NCBI GenBank assembly: GCA_965263035.1
Contig: OZ253580.1
Span: 5,568,001 to 5,632,000 of the forward strand
DNA length: 64,000 bases
Source: Acidobacteriota bacterium
Lineage (GTDB): Bacteria; Acidobacteriota; UBA6911; RPQK01; JAJDTT01
Reading direction: 5' to 3'
The notes below the pieces were generated by a model. The model was given only the letters and a program-made list of their open reading frames with translations, ran no database searches and was not told where the DNA came from. The position numbers were made by a program, and so were the translations under genes. Positions 12,001-19,200 of the stretch are shown here, piece by piece (the first letter of the stretch is position 1; every line of letters starts with the position of its first letter).

Positions 12001-13733
12001 ATCACCCGTTCTTCTTTGCCTTCCGGATCCGTCGCTTCGAGACTGTCGATTCCGGCCGCTGTTGGCTTCGGCCGCGGTTTTCGGCGGGCATCCAGAAGCT
12101 GCGAACTCACCTTCCGCTGGGCAGGCGTCCGGCGAACCTTGGCCGATAGCAGGGACTGGATCTGGCGCACGGCCCTCGCCGGCAGTCGGCCGCTTGCCTG
12201 CTTCGTCTCCTCGCCGGTCCGGTTCGTCACCGCCTGATTGGTGAACGCGATGGACTCGTTGCCCGCAGGGTCCCGGATCGGCTGCGCCGCCCCTTGTGCG
12301 GTGGCGGTGTAGCTCACCGTCACCGTGTCGCCCTGAACGACCGGGGAGGCCAACGCCAGCGCCACGGCGTTCCCCGTCACCGCGACCGTCGTGACGTCTC
12401 TCCTTTCGTCCGCCACACTCACACGGAAGTCTTCTGCCGACGGCGTCGAAGATCCGTCGAGCATCTCGTCGTAATTCAGCGTCAGCGTGGAGCCGCTCAC
12501 CGCCGCCGCATCGCTGTCCACGAGAGAAGGATTAACGCCGTCCACCCTCTGGCCGGATTGGTCCGGAAGTCCCGCATGGTTCAGCTCAGCGGCATGGTCC
12601 GAACCGTCCTCAATCACTCCGAGTTCCGCCGAAAGGCTGTCCGCCTCAACGCTCAACCCGTCGGTGTCTTCATCGTCCTCAGCCACGGTGTAGGAGAACA
12701 CCAGCGCCGTCGTGCCGGTGCCGCCGGAGTAGATCGCGCTCCTGGTGAGGCTCCCCACCCTCAGTCCCAACTGGGGTGTCCCGGTCACGTTCACGACTTC
12801 ACTGAAGGTCACCGTCGCCTCGATCGCGTCGCCGATTCCGTAGGTCTCCCGGCCCTCCGGAGGATTCGAGCTGATCTCGATCTTGTGCACCGAGGGCCCC
12901 GTCGCAACGTTCAACGGCATCGGCCCGGGCTCGAGTCCTCCGCCGGTGACTGCCGCGCGGAGTTCTTCCAGCGAGGTGTTGTGGAACCCACCGGCCGACT
13001 CCAGGGTCAGGGCCACCATCGCCGCCACCTGCGGAGGGGGCGCCGAACTGACGCAGAAGGTCGCGAAATCCGGATTGGCCGCAGTCACGCACGTCGCCCC
13101 GGAGAGGCCGGCGGTCGGCCCTGCCGCCATCGGCGGCCATTGGTCCGGAGCGGTTTCGGCTCCCCAGACCCTGGACTTGACTGGGTTGCCCTTCGCAGAG
13201 ACGTAGACGCAACCATTACGGACCGCCGCTTTGACCGCTTGGGCCATGAGGCCGCCCTGATAGATCGTCTCTTGATAGTCGAAGAGGTCGTCGACGATGA
13301 CGTCCGCCCCGGTTCGGCAGAGCGCCTCGATGTTGGCCGCGAACCGCGCCGGCCCGCCCAGACCGGTCGCGAAGTAGAGCTCGCCGCCCGGAGCCAGGTC
13401 GCGGAGGATCGAAAGGGTCGCCGTCCCGTCGTCCCCTTCTCCCGCCTGGCCCGGCAGCACCGTCACCCGATCCCGAAGATCGCCCGCTGCCTCACCGGTG
13501 ATCAGCGTCGCCACACCACTTGAGAGCACGCCGATCCCGACACCCGTGCCGTCGACACCGTGACTCCGGCGCATCGCTGCGGCTTGCCGGTCGGCCCGCT
13601 TCTGTATTCCACCTCCAGCGGCGACCGCCGGCTGCTCGGCCCGGATCGGCTCGATCAACAGAGAGATCGCCGCCAACACCCCGAATCCACCAAGGGCCCA
13701 TGACGGGTTTCCTGACCAGCGTGGCTGCCTCAT
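1..13733 (-). CDS. Giant secreted/surface protein A (>4570 aa, 3' end outside window): signal peptide, degenerate subtilase, Ig/SwmB-like, prodomain plus S8/S53-like protease, 3x GLUG modules with FN3, Calx-beta-like repeats, cadherin, SwmB-like repeats
   Basis: Manual translation from ATG 13733: MRQPRWSGNPSWALGGFGVLAAISLLIEPIRA...; in-frame TAG lies upstream. The ORF track lists no minus-strand ORF ending in this frame between 1 and 13733, so the frame appears open to the edge. Motifs GIGIGVISDG, GDEGTALLEIVHDLAPGA, FCGTSSAAPH, VGGLVG repeats. Confidence 0.88.
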   Translation of the reverse strand, partial: MRQPRWSGNPSWALGGFGVLAAISLLIEPIRAEQPAVAAGGGIQKRADRQAAAMRRSHGVDGTGVGIGVLSSGVATLITGEAAGDLRDRVTVLPGQAGEGDDGTATLSILRDLAPGGELYFATGLGGPARFAANIEALCRTGADVIVDDLFDYQETIYQGGLMAQAVKAAVRNGCVYVSAKGNPVKSRVWGAETAPDQWPPMAAGPTAGLSGATCVTAANPDFATFCVSSAPPPQVAAMVALTLESAGGFHNTSLEELRAAVTGGGLEPGPMPLNVATGPSVHKIEISSNPPEGRETYGIGDAIEATVTFSEVVNVTGTPQLGLRVGSLTRSAIYSGGTGTTALVFSYTVAEDDEDTDGLSVEADSLSAELGVIEDGSDHAAELNHAGLPDQSGQRVDGVNPSLVDSDAAAVSGSTLTLNYDEMLDGSSTPSAEDFRVSVADERRDVTTVAVTGNAVALALASPVVQGDTVTVSYTATAQGAAQPIRDPAGNESIAFTNQAVTNRTGEETKQASGRLPARAVRQIQSLLSAKVRRTPAQRKVSSQLLDARRKPRPKPTAAGIDSLEATDPEGKEERVMVDIRAAVTPAVLTRIRELGGTVISSVPKYQAIRAQLPLRTVEMLAALDAIRTIRPADEARTRGQVSTLSPTSRTRIADAPVTKKDNTSEGDVAHRAIRTRAIHRVDGTGIGIGVISDGVRTLAGRQATDDLPARVTVLPGQAGSGDEGTALLEIVHDLAPGAELYFATGYGGQAQMAANIEALCEAGANVIVDDIGYTNEAAFQDDIVAKGVNAAVAGGCYFFSAGGNDGNLTDGTTGVWEGDYDAGTALIVDGETLGVRHDFGGGVEANEVSGSGFSGVRTIVLQWADPLGASSSDYDLFLVDEDGDVVASSTDIQDGTQDPVESILSPFFNFSGLTVVVVKTSGSDRYLRVHAFDGRLAIQTAGNLYGHSAAENAVSVAMVDVRDAAGSGQVFNGTESVRTSNSDGPRRIFFQPDGTAITAGNFSSTGGKLLQKPDLTAATCVSTATPGFSTFCGTSSAAPHAAAIGALMLEAAGGPGQVTPAQLRTGMTTGTAVLDIETTGVDRDSGAGIVMAPGAVDAVDVAVADRNGAPTVASAQSNRTFAPGDDAVDIALEDVFDDPDNNTLTYEAISSDPDRLTITLSSAEVTMTPGSPGRVMVRLRAIDPDGLSATDSFSVTVTAGNRDYDSDNDGLIDVANLAQLDALRYDLNGDGLVDGAIWMPYYTAYPMGALGMGCPSDDGCTGYELTANLDFDTDDDGDIDSDDDYWNGGDGWEPIGEADTPFIADFKGNRRTVSNLFIDRDTEDGVGLFGAIDRSRITGVSLIGAYVTGRDAVGSLLGDGVYGSVVDNHARGQVSGEDEVGGLVGRTWGTVWHSSAAVNVSGNDAVGGLVGHQILNDTIASYATGNVEGMDAVGGLVGAVSDVAQLIEASYASGNVSGRGSRLTDSDSGFIICDLLGAFTLSGPAETTTSTGGGVGGLVGSSCGYVQVSYATGAVSGTAAVGGLVGSGRFVKVQSSYWDLETSGVRVGVGQDDSNDNGVIDGTERLRLGVGGKTTAELRTPTDYTGIYDTWNVELGSFSSGDDEHDDPWDFGTTAQYPVLSLDLNDDSQATWEEFGYQVRDSLTLTAATTASQAQVVLGWNAISIPSSWSPAPDVSYTLYRDDGTSIEVIATNLTGLSHTDTDVTIGDDYTYWVAAVVDGGEAARSAPVAVIAGAGNQPPLAVGIIADRQLTVGSMAVVVDVAEAFQDPDNDTLTYGASSSLTSVATLSRSGSVVTITPVAAGRTIVTVTATDDGGSNMSVSQRFRVTVGHDYDADGDGLIGVSNLAQLDAMRYDRDGNGYAGTVAAYAAAFPSALDRMCGGVDGCSGYELLADLDFDTDGDGAVDSDDDYWNDGDGWEPIGWDSRGFSYFFNTTFEGNGHTLSNLFTAGRGFSGLFGRIGLGGAVDDLTLADVNVSGTGAAGALVGENQGLLSGIQSSGHVSGELHVGGLVGLNLRLVYLSSSSAAVTRMRPPFPPGVNIIVTFGAPSAAGGLVGYNTGYVVYSYATGPVTSDSSAGGLVGYHQFKLIAASYATGPVSGPTSGGLVGTIATPFDEATISASYATGSVDGSNAGGLVGHVYREGTITASYATGRVVDGRNNGGLVGDDDGGTITNSYWDTLTSGQGSGSPGSGRTTSQLQSPTGYSGIYGSWNVDIDEDHVNDNLWNFGTSSQYPALRADVDGDDDATWEEFGYQLRSGPTLTATATTNAGQSQVELEWTEAPLNSEWTPAPSVSYTVTREEEDDTIEAIAENLSVREYTDTDVAAETYIYQVVAVVDGGEAVRSTTVSVTVAGNKRPEAVGTLRWRWLLVGDSAMTEVGGAFQDPEGDTIAYAVSSSDTTVARVTLSGTRVTIIPVAEGRTTITVTATDEGSNRSRTQQFRVTVLPTTTVDYDTDDDGLIEISNLAQLDAVRYDLTGFGYFSTAYTDAFPNGGSSLACGGLVGCVGYELNADLDFDTDRDGDVDSDDDYWKDGAGWEPIGDSSRSFSSFAAIFEGNGRTIANLFIDSSENELGLFGATRSSAVIRNLEMVSVQVTGTDNVGGLVGSNSGAVSGSFATGTVSGDDDVGGLAGANLDDGSVSASYSTVHVTGDDRIGGLAGSNSGEVRAAYATGRIVGDYEAGGLIGRNTGDVDISYATGLVSGRSTIGGLVGRNTGGGAITASYWDSDTSGRTSGSNGQAKTTAELQLPTSAGDIYLTWNVDLNGDGMNDDPWDFGTSGQYPVLSVDTNGGGGATWQEFGHQVRAGPNLMATPTVGQVTLTWSAISGGTYNLYRTAGTTVEILAENTGNRTYVDTDVTAGATYVYQVAAVINGGEGSRSPRVSVAVPMPGAMPTVMFELSPAFISENSGSAMVMATLSHTSSETTTVTVSAMAVSPAVPGDFMLSANQTLTITAGQATSTGTVAITARNNNVDAPNKMVRVSGSASNSQGVTDPADVTLTIVDDEPAPTVTLELSPTSISENGGSTTVTARLNRASSVATTVTVSATAVSPAVSRDFTLSANRTLTITAGQTASTGTVSISAKNNDADTPNKTVRVSGLARNSQGVMGPADVNLTITDDDPAPTVTLELSPTSIGENRGSTTVRAKLDRVSSETTTVAVSAMATSPAVSGDFMLSANQTLTITAGRTTSTGTVTIRANNNDVDAPDKTVRVSGTASNNQGVTDPADVTLTITDDDTAPTVTLELSADSISENGRSTTVTARLDRASSVATTVTVSATAVSPAVSRDFTLSANRTLTITAGRTASTGTVSISANDNDVDTPNKTVRVSGSASNNQGVTDPADVTLTITDDDTAPTVTLELSADSISENGGSTTVTARLDRASSVATTVTVSATAVSPAVSRDFTLSANRTLTITAGQTASTGTVSISANDNDVDTPNKTVRVSGSASNSQGVIDPDDVTLTITDEDGAPTVTLQLSPTFIGENRGSTTVRAKLNRSSSVVTTVTVSATAVSPTVEGDFMLSANQTLTITAGRTTSTGTVTIRANNNEVDAPDKTVRVSGSASNSQGVTDPDDVTLTITDEDTAPTVTLELSPASISENSGSTTVTAELNRASSETTTVTVSATAVSPAMSGDFTLSGNQTLTITAGRTTSTGTVTIRANNNDVDAPGKTVRVSGSANNSQGVTDPSDVTLTITDDDAAPVMTLEVSPAVIAEAAGSSTVTVRITNGVTFAEAQEIRLSFSGTAEKDTDYTVDSERLNLMAGDDSVTTPVTAVNDRLIDVDETVLITATHNRNAVGTQQTITITDDDAAPVITTDSPLLVAENETEVATLAARDEDGAVADLEWEIAGGADGSKFTLTSDGELAFKTAKDYESPDDANRDGDYEIRVRVTDGFNPVEADFIVRLQDVDDTAPTFSSAVANGATLTLAYSEALDESSMPPNDAFTVTGGNQTRTVTGVRVSGSAVELTLAPPVEHGETGLRVTYTVPTEMGESPIQDTAGNDADSLSNRQVTNQTGDMTGPAVEMVRITSNAESDQTYAAGETIEVTVTFDETVVVTGTPRLILNVGGGDRTAEYQSVTGAAVRFGYAVGVGDNDPDGVSIEANRLSRGTGSIRDGASNNAILDHAAVGDDSEHKVDGVAPGLAPMDRATMNGSTLTLTYDEPLNGSSRPAPSAYTVTGGNATRTVTGVQVSGSAVELTVNPAAEHEETGIRVSYQPGSNPIQDVAGNDAGAFTDQGVDNRTPDTTAPALEEIELSSNPGTDQTYAAGDAIEVTVRYDEPVRVVTTQGTPTLDLTVGNRRKAARAGAGPESATVVFVYTVEKGDLDPDGVSIAADRIDLNGGRIEDSAGNLAARSYEALPAQAGHRVDGVEPERESVTVHESRVTLTYDEALDEGSVPLGSDFTVAVAGNDRAVIQVQVSGKKVTLRLASPVAAGEAVTVTYTPGFNPIQDKVGNGAAAFMEEPAEPAPTVTWLLTSYSISENGGSSTVTARLDRVSSEPTTVTVSATPVSPAVAEDFTVSTNQMLTIEAGQTRSTGTVTISANNNDVDAPDKTVQVSGTSTNDQGVTGPSGVTLTIR
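2630..5050 (-). repeat. Seven tandem 345-bp (115-aa) Calx-beta/Ig-like repeats within gene A
   Basis: Motif (c/t)tggcggaRccSgaYacccg and variants recur at 2701, 3046, 3391, 3736, 4081, 4426, 4771; units at 3391 and 3736 are nearly identical; a further unit lies at 1-330. Confidence 0.9.
5320..10130 (-). repeat. Three diverged GLUG-type beta-helix modules (about 5320-6380, 6960-8240, 8830-10130)
   Basis: Each begins DYD.D.DGLI...NLAQLDA.RYD, contains DFDTD.DG..DSDDDYW.DG.GW.PI and GGL(V/A)G repeats, and ends WDFGTS.QYP.L. Confidence 0.8.
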
Positions 13734-13799
13734 AATCCTGGGGTGAGGAAGAATCGGTGTCCTTACGGGGACTTCGATAAAGAGCGAGAAGGGATGGTC

Positions 13800-14115
13800 G
13801 CTCTTATCCGTCTATCTTTAGACTCCTGTTCGGCAGGGTGCTCCGAGCTGATGTGCGCTGTTTCTCGACATGATGAGTTCCGTGCAATAGACAATGTGTC
13901 AATTGTAAGGAGCAACCCGGACGAATTTGGAACCAATTCGTGAAGTCCGAGTGATATTTAGGTTGATATAGTGATGATTAAGTGAAATATGCTACCTGGA
14001 CCGCTCTCGCTGCCGGCTGCAGAGCGCGGAGCGAGGCGCACCCGGATCCTCCGCCGAAACGACGCCGGAGGGCGGGGCACCGGGTTTCGCTCCGGGGTCT
14101 GACGAGGTTGGGCCA
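13800..14115. promoter_or_regulatory. Divergent control region, copy A (paralog of 25275-25584), with imperfect palindrome at 13879-13911
   Basis: Colinear similarity to 25275-25584, e.g. tatctttagactc, ctccgagctgatgtgcgctgt, caatagacaatgtgtcaattgta, cacccggatcctccg, gctccggggtctgacgaggttggg. Confidence 0.85.
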
Positions 14116-14186
14116 ATGAAGAAGTGGCGACGAATTGGTCCGGCGGGACGCAGCTCTTCGAGCACCTACGGGGGCTTCGGGGAACG
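14116..14186 (+). pseudogene. Deleted relic of the hybrid kinase gene
   Basis: atgaagaagtggcgacgaattg matches 25585-25605 (one extra base) and is joined directly to gtccggcgggacgcagctcttcgagcacct...ggaacg matching 25836-25884. Confidence 0.85.
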
Positions 14187-14289
14187 CGGAAGCGGCCGGC
14201 GCACCTGTTTTGAAAGGACACGCGTGCCGCCGTTCGCAATCGACCGAGGGGTTCAGGGAGGGGATCGTCTTCCAACTACTCTCGGCGGG

Positions 14290-16230
14290 TCATCTTTGAA
14301 TCGGCACGACCGGCAGAGTGGTGAAGATCCGGTGGCCGGTATCCAACTCAACCGCGACTCCCGTGAACGTGCCTTCACCGGCCGCCGTGCATCTCACCGA
14401 CCCGACGAAGTCTCTGGTATCCGTCCTGGTGAAGACCTCTTCGATGAACCGGGCATGCTGCCCGTGGCTGTTGAGATGGATGTCCACCTCTTCGAGGGCT
14501 TCGCCCCCGCTCATCAACCGGCACCGCACCGTTGCGCGCTGCGCCGCCAGGTTGCGGATCGCCGCAGCGGTGCGAATCCCTCCCGCCTGCCGGCGGGCCG
14601 GGAACAGCGCGTCCGCCGTGGCTTGACTCGCGCCCACGCCGGCCACGCCGACGCCTGGGATGTCAAAGCGCAGCACGCCGCCGATAGGTCCGCTCGCCAC
14701 GACCCGCACCGATCCGGTCACCACCTCTCCCTGGCCGTGGGTCGAGATCGTCAACTCGCCCAGACGGGCCATGGCCGTTCGTACGGTCAGACTTCCGTCC
14801 TCTCGAACCACCAGATCCTCCCCCACATCCACCATCGATTCCGGCTCCAGAAGTTCGCCGCGCTGATCGTAAAAGTAGATGGCCGGCCGGGCCGTTGACG
14901 CCGCCACGTTCACCAGCACCAGGTCCGACGTAATCAAGGTCCCGTCGCCGGAAGTGCCATTGGCGAAGTGCGCGAAAGTCAGGGTCGTTTCTTCCTCTTC
15001 GCCACCCCCAGGATCCACCGGCACCACCGGCAGGGTGGTGAAGATCCGGTTGTCCGCATCCAGCTCCACCGCCACGCCCGTGAACGACTCGCCATGCGGG
15101 ACCGTACAGCGCACCGAACCGACGAAGTCCGTGGTGTCGGTCGCGGTGAACAGTTCCTCGATGAACTGGGCGTCCTGACCGTTGGCGTCCAGTTCGATCG
15201 CTCTTTCTTCCAGGACGGCGCCGTTTTTCATCAACCGGCACTGGACGTCGACGGCCTCCATTCCCAAGTTGTGGATGGCCGCTGCGGTGCGGATCCCGCC
15301 GGCCTGCCGACGGGCCGGGAACAGGGCGTCCGCGGTGGGTTCGCTGGCTCCGACGCCGGCGACTCCGATCCCGGGGATGTCGAAGCGCACCACGCCGCCG
15401 ATGGGACCGTCCGACACGACCCGCACCGACCCCGTCACCACTTCGCCCCGGCCGTGGGTCGAGATCGTCAGCTCGCCCAGCGACACTATCTTTGTCCTGG
15501 GCGACAGCCCTCCGTCCTCCCGGATCTCCAGATCGTCTCCGACGTCGATGACCGATTCGACCGCCAACAGATCTCCCTCCCGGTCGAAGAAGTAGATGAC
15601 GGGACGGATCTCCTCTTCGGCCACGTTCACCAGCACCAGGTCTGAGGTGATGAGCACGTCATTGGCGGAGACGCCATTTCCGAAATGGGCGAACTCCAGG
15701 ATCACCTCCTCAGGCACGGGCGAAGCCTCGGCCGGGCCGGAGGGAGGACTCTCGCCGACCTCGTTCACCGCCCGGACTTCGAAGACGTAGGTCCGGCCGT
15801 TGCTGAGATCTGTCACCGTCACCGTCAGGTCGGTGGAGCCGATGGAGGTCCACTCCCCGGTCCGGTCGATCCGGACCTCGTAGTCGGTGAGGGCGGAACG
15901 GCCGTCGCTCTCGGGCGCCTCCCAGGAGAGGGTCACCTCCGCGTCGCCGGCTTCCGCCTGCAGGTTCAAGGGCGCCGTGGGCGCGGTTGGAGGAGGCGCG
16001 GGCGGCGGAGCCGGTCCTGGGCCGGGCCCCGGCGGCGGCGGAGGAGGCGGCGGAGGAGGAGGAGGAGGTGGCGGAGGCGGAGGCGGGGCCGAGACTTCGT
16101 TGTCCTCGACCGTCACCCGGGCGCTCTGGGTCGAAGTGGGTCCCAGCCGGTACTCGTCTCCCGGCTGCAGCCGGGCGGTGACCCGGCTGGTGGATTCGGC
16201 GACGTCGTCATCGTCGGTCAACACCTCCAA
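14290..16230 (-). CDS. C-terminal part of giant surface protein B: poly-Pro linker, FN3, two tandem ~225-aa C-terminal domains
   Basis: ORF track 646 aa; Pro run at about 15990-16090; FN3 motif (VTLSWEAPESDG...YVFEVRAVN); repeated FAHF.NG...FTTLPVVP. Appears frameshifted from the upstream ORF. Confidence 0.8.
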   Translation of the reverse strand: MEVLTDDDDVAESTSRVTARLQPGDEYRLGPTSTQSARVTVEDNEVSAPPPPPPPPPPPPPPPPPPPGPGPGPAPPPAPPPTAPTAPLNLQAEAGDAEVTLSWEAPESDGRSALTDYEVRIDRTGEWTSIGSTDLTVTVTDLSNGRTYVFEVRAVNEVGESPPSGPAEASPVPEEVILEFAHFGNGVSANDVLITSDLVLVNVAEEEIRPVIYFFDREGDLLAVESVIDVGDDLEIREDGGLSPRTKIVSLGELTISTHGRGEVVTGSVRVVSDGPIGGVVRFDIPGIGVAGVGASEPTADALFPARRQAGGIRTAAAIHNLGMEAVDVQCRLMKNGAVLEERAIELDANGQDAQFIEELFTATDTTDFVGSVRCTVPHGESFTGVAVELDADNRIFTTLPVVPVDPGGGEEEETTLTFAHFANGTSGDGTLITSDLVLVNVAASTARPAIYFYDQRGELLEPESMVDVGEDLVVREDGSLTVRTAMARLGELTISTHGQGEVVTGSVRVVASGPIGGVLRFDIPGVGVAGVGASQATADALFPARRQAGGIRTAAAIRNLAAQRATVRCRLMSGGEALEEVDIHLNSHGQHARFIEEVFTRTDTRDFVGSVRCTAAGEGTFTGVAVELDTGHRIFTTLPVVPIQR

Positions 16231-19200
16231 CGTCGCCGTGTCCGGTCCGGAACTCCACCTCGTCCGGCGGTTCGTACCCGTCCGAGGTCTTGATCATCGA
16301 TCTCGTCTCCGTGACCTCCAGGCTCACCGTCAGCGCGGCCTCCGTCGGAGGCCCCCGCGTCAGGGTGAACTCCACGGTGGCGCCTTCCATGACCGTCTCG
16401 GATCCCTGCTTGGCCTGGATGGTGACCAGTGGCGGGTCCGCCCGTTGATCGGTCAACGCCTCCACCGCGTTCCCCACCTCGTCCTGGATCGGGTCGAACC
16501 CCGGCGTATAGCTCACTCTTACCGTCTCGCCCGCCGCCACCGGAGAGGTCAGCGTCAAGGTGACGCTGTTTCCTCTCACCTGGACCTGGATGACCGTCCG
16601 GTCATTCCCCTCCACCGTCACCGCGAAGTCGTCCCTGGCCGGCCTCGAGTCCTCATCCAACGCCTCGTCGTAGGTCAGCGCCACCCGCAAGCCATGCACC
16701 GTCACGCTCTGCAGTCCCGGCACGCTCGCGTCCACCTTTTGGTTCGCCTGCGCCTCCACCGCCTCGTAGCTCCGTGCCGCCGGGTTGTCCGCCAGATCCA
16801 GGATCTTCCCCCCATTGAGCGCGATGCTCCCCCGCGGCACGCTCAGTCCATCCTCGTCCTCGTCCCCCTTCTCCACCGTGTAGACGAACACCACTGCGGC
16901 CCGCGCCGGCCCCACACTGGCGCTGGCCCGCTTCCGCCGGGTCCCCACCAGAAGATCCAACGTCGGCGTTCCGTGAATGGTGTCCACCGTCACTGGCTCG
17001 TCGTACGTCACCGTCACGGAGATCATGTCGTCGACCGCGTAGGTCTCGTCCGTCCCGGAGTCCGAGCTGATCTGGATCCCTTCGATCGATGGGGCCGTCG
17101 TGTCCGGCGTCCGGTTGTCTACGAACTCGTCCCTGAAGGCTTCGGCATCGTTGCCGATCGCGTCCTGGATCGGATTCGACCGCGACTCGTAGCCCACCCG
17201 GATCCCTGTCTCTCCGTACTCCGCCGCTGGACTCACCGTCAGCCGAACCTCACTCCCGGTCACCTGAACCCGGGTCACGGTGCGCGTCTCGTTGCCTCCC
17301 GCCACGGTGAAGTCGCTGGTCGCCGGCCGCGAAGAGGTGTTGAGCGGTTCGTTGTAGGTCAGCGTCAGCGTCGCGCCGTTGACCACCGCCGGATCGGTCA
17401 GTGCCAGGACCGGGGCGACCGCGTCCACCTGGTGGCTCGAATTGTCCGCCACCGCGTTATGGTCCAAGGTGGCGTCATTCTGGGCACCGTCGCGGATCGT
17501 CCCGCCGCTTCGCGACAGCCCGTTCGCCTCGATGCTCACGCCGTCCTCGTCGTTGTCCCCAGTGACCACCCGGTAGGTGAACTTCACCGCCCGGTTCGAG
17601 ACGCTCTGGTACTCTGCCGTTCGATTGCGGCCCCCTACGTTCAGGGTCACTTCGGGCGTCCCCGTCACCACCACCGTCTCGTCGAACGTCACCGTCACTT
17701 CGATGGTCTCGTCCACGCCGTAGATCCGGTCCGACCCCGCACTCGAGGTGATCGCGACCATACTCACCACCGGTCCCGCCGTGTCTCCCGTCTGGTTAGT
17801 GACGCTCTTGTTGCTCAACCGGTCCGCATCGTTGCCCGCCGTGTCCTGGATCGGATTCGATCCCGGCTCGTAGTTCACCCGGAGGCCGCTCTCTCCGTCC
17901 GTTACTGCCGAGCTCAGCGTCAGGAAAACGGCACTCCCGTCGACCCGAACTGCCCTGACCGTCCGCGTCTCGCTCCCTCCCGTCACGGTGAAGTCGTCCG
18001 TCGACGGTCTCGAAGAGGAATCCAGCGGCTCGCCGTAGGCCAGCGTCAGCGTCGTCCCGTTCACGACTGTCCCGTCGGACGTCGCCAGCACCGGCTTGAC
18101 CCCATCCACCTTGTGGCTCGAATCGGCCGCCACCGGCGCGTGGTTCAGCACGGCGTTATTCTGGGCGCCGTCGCGGATCGTGCCGCTGGACAGGCGGTTC
18201 GCCTCGATCCTCACCCCGTACGGGGCCGCGTCGCCCGAGACCACTTTGTATTCGAACCTCACGGCCGCCCCCGTGACGTCCTGGTAGTTGGCCGTTCGGC
18301 TCCGGCCGCCCACGTTCAGCGTCAACCGCGGGGTCCCCGTCACCACCACCGTCTCGTCAAACGTCACCGTGACCTCGATGAGATCATCCACCGCGTAGGT
18401 CTGATCCGACCCCGCATTGGAGGTGATCCGAACCGTCTCCACCACCGGCTCCGTCGTGTCTCCCGTCTTGTTCGTGACCGGTTGGTTGTTCAACTCATCC
18501 GCGGCGTTGCCCACCAAGTCCCGGATTGGATTCGACCCCGGCTGGTAGCTCAACCGGAGGCCGCTCTCTGTGTCTTGCACCGCCGGGCTCAAGGTCAGGA
18601 AAACGGCGTTTCCGCTCACCTGGACTCGGGTCACCGTCCGTGTCTCACTGCCCCCGGTCACCGAGAAGGCGCTCGCCGCCGGTCTCGAGGACGAGTTCAG
18701 CGGCTCGCTGTAGGCCAGCGTCAGCGTCGTTCCGTTCACCACCGCCCCGTCCGTCGTCGCCAGGCTGGGCTTGACCCCATCCACCTTGTGCCGCGAATCG
18801 GGCGCCACTGCTGCATGGGTCAACGTCGCGTCATTCCGGGCCCCGTCGCGGATCGTCCCGCTCCCTCGCGACAGGCTGTTTGCGTCGATGCTCACGCCGT
18901 CCCGGTCCCGGTCGCTCAAGACGACCTTGTACTCGAACTTGACGGTGGAGCCCGAGACGCTCAGGTATTCCGCCGTTCGATTCTGTCCGCCTACGTTCAG
19001 CGTCAACCGCGGGGTCCCCGTCACCACCACCGTCTCGTTGAACGTCACGGCCACCTCGATGGAATCATCCACGGCGTAAGTTGAATCCGACCCCGCGCTC
19101 GAAGTGATCCTCACCATCTCGACCGTCGGTCCCGTCGTGTCTCCCGTGACGTTGGTGACCGAGCGGTTGCTCAACCGGTCCGCGTCGTTGCCCGCTTGGT

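Noticed and set aside
15990-16090. GGC/GGA triplet run as a regulatory microsatellite
   Set aside because: Explained by the poly-proline linker; in-frame changes would only alter linker length.
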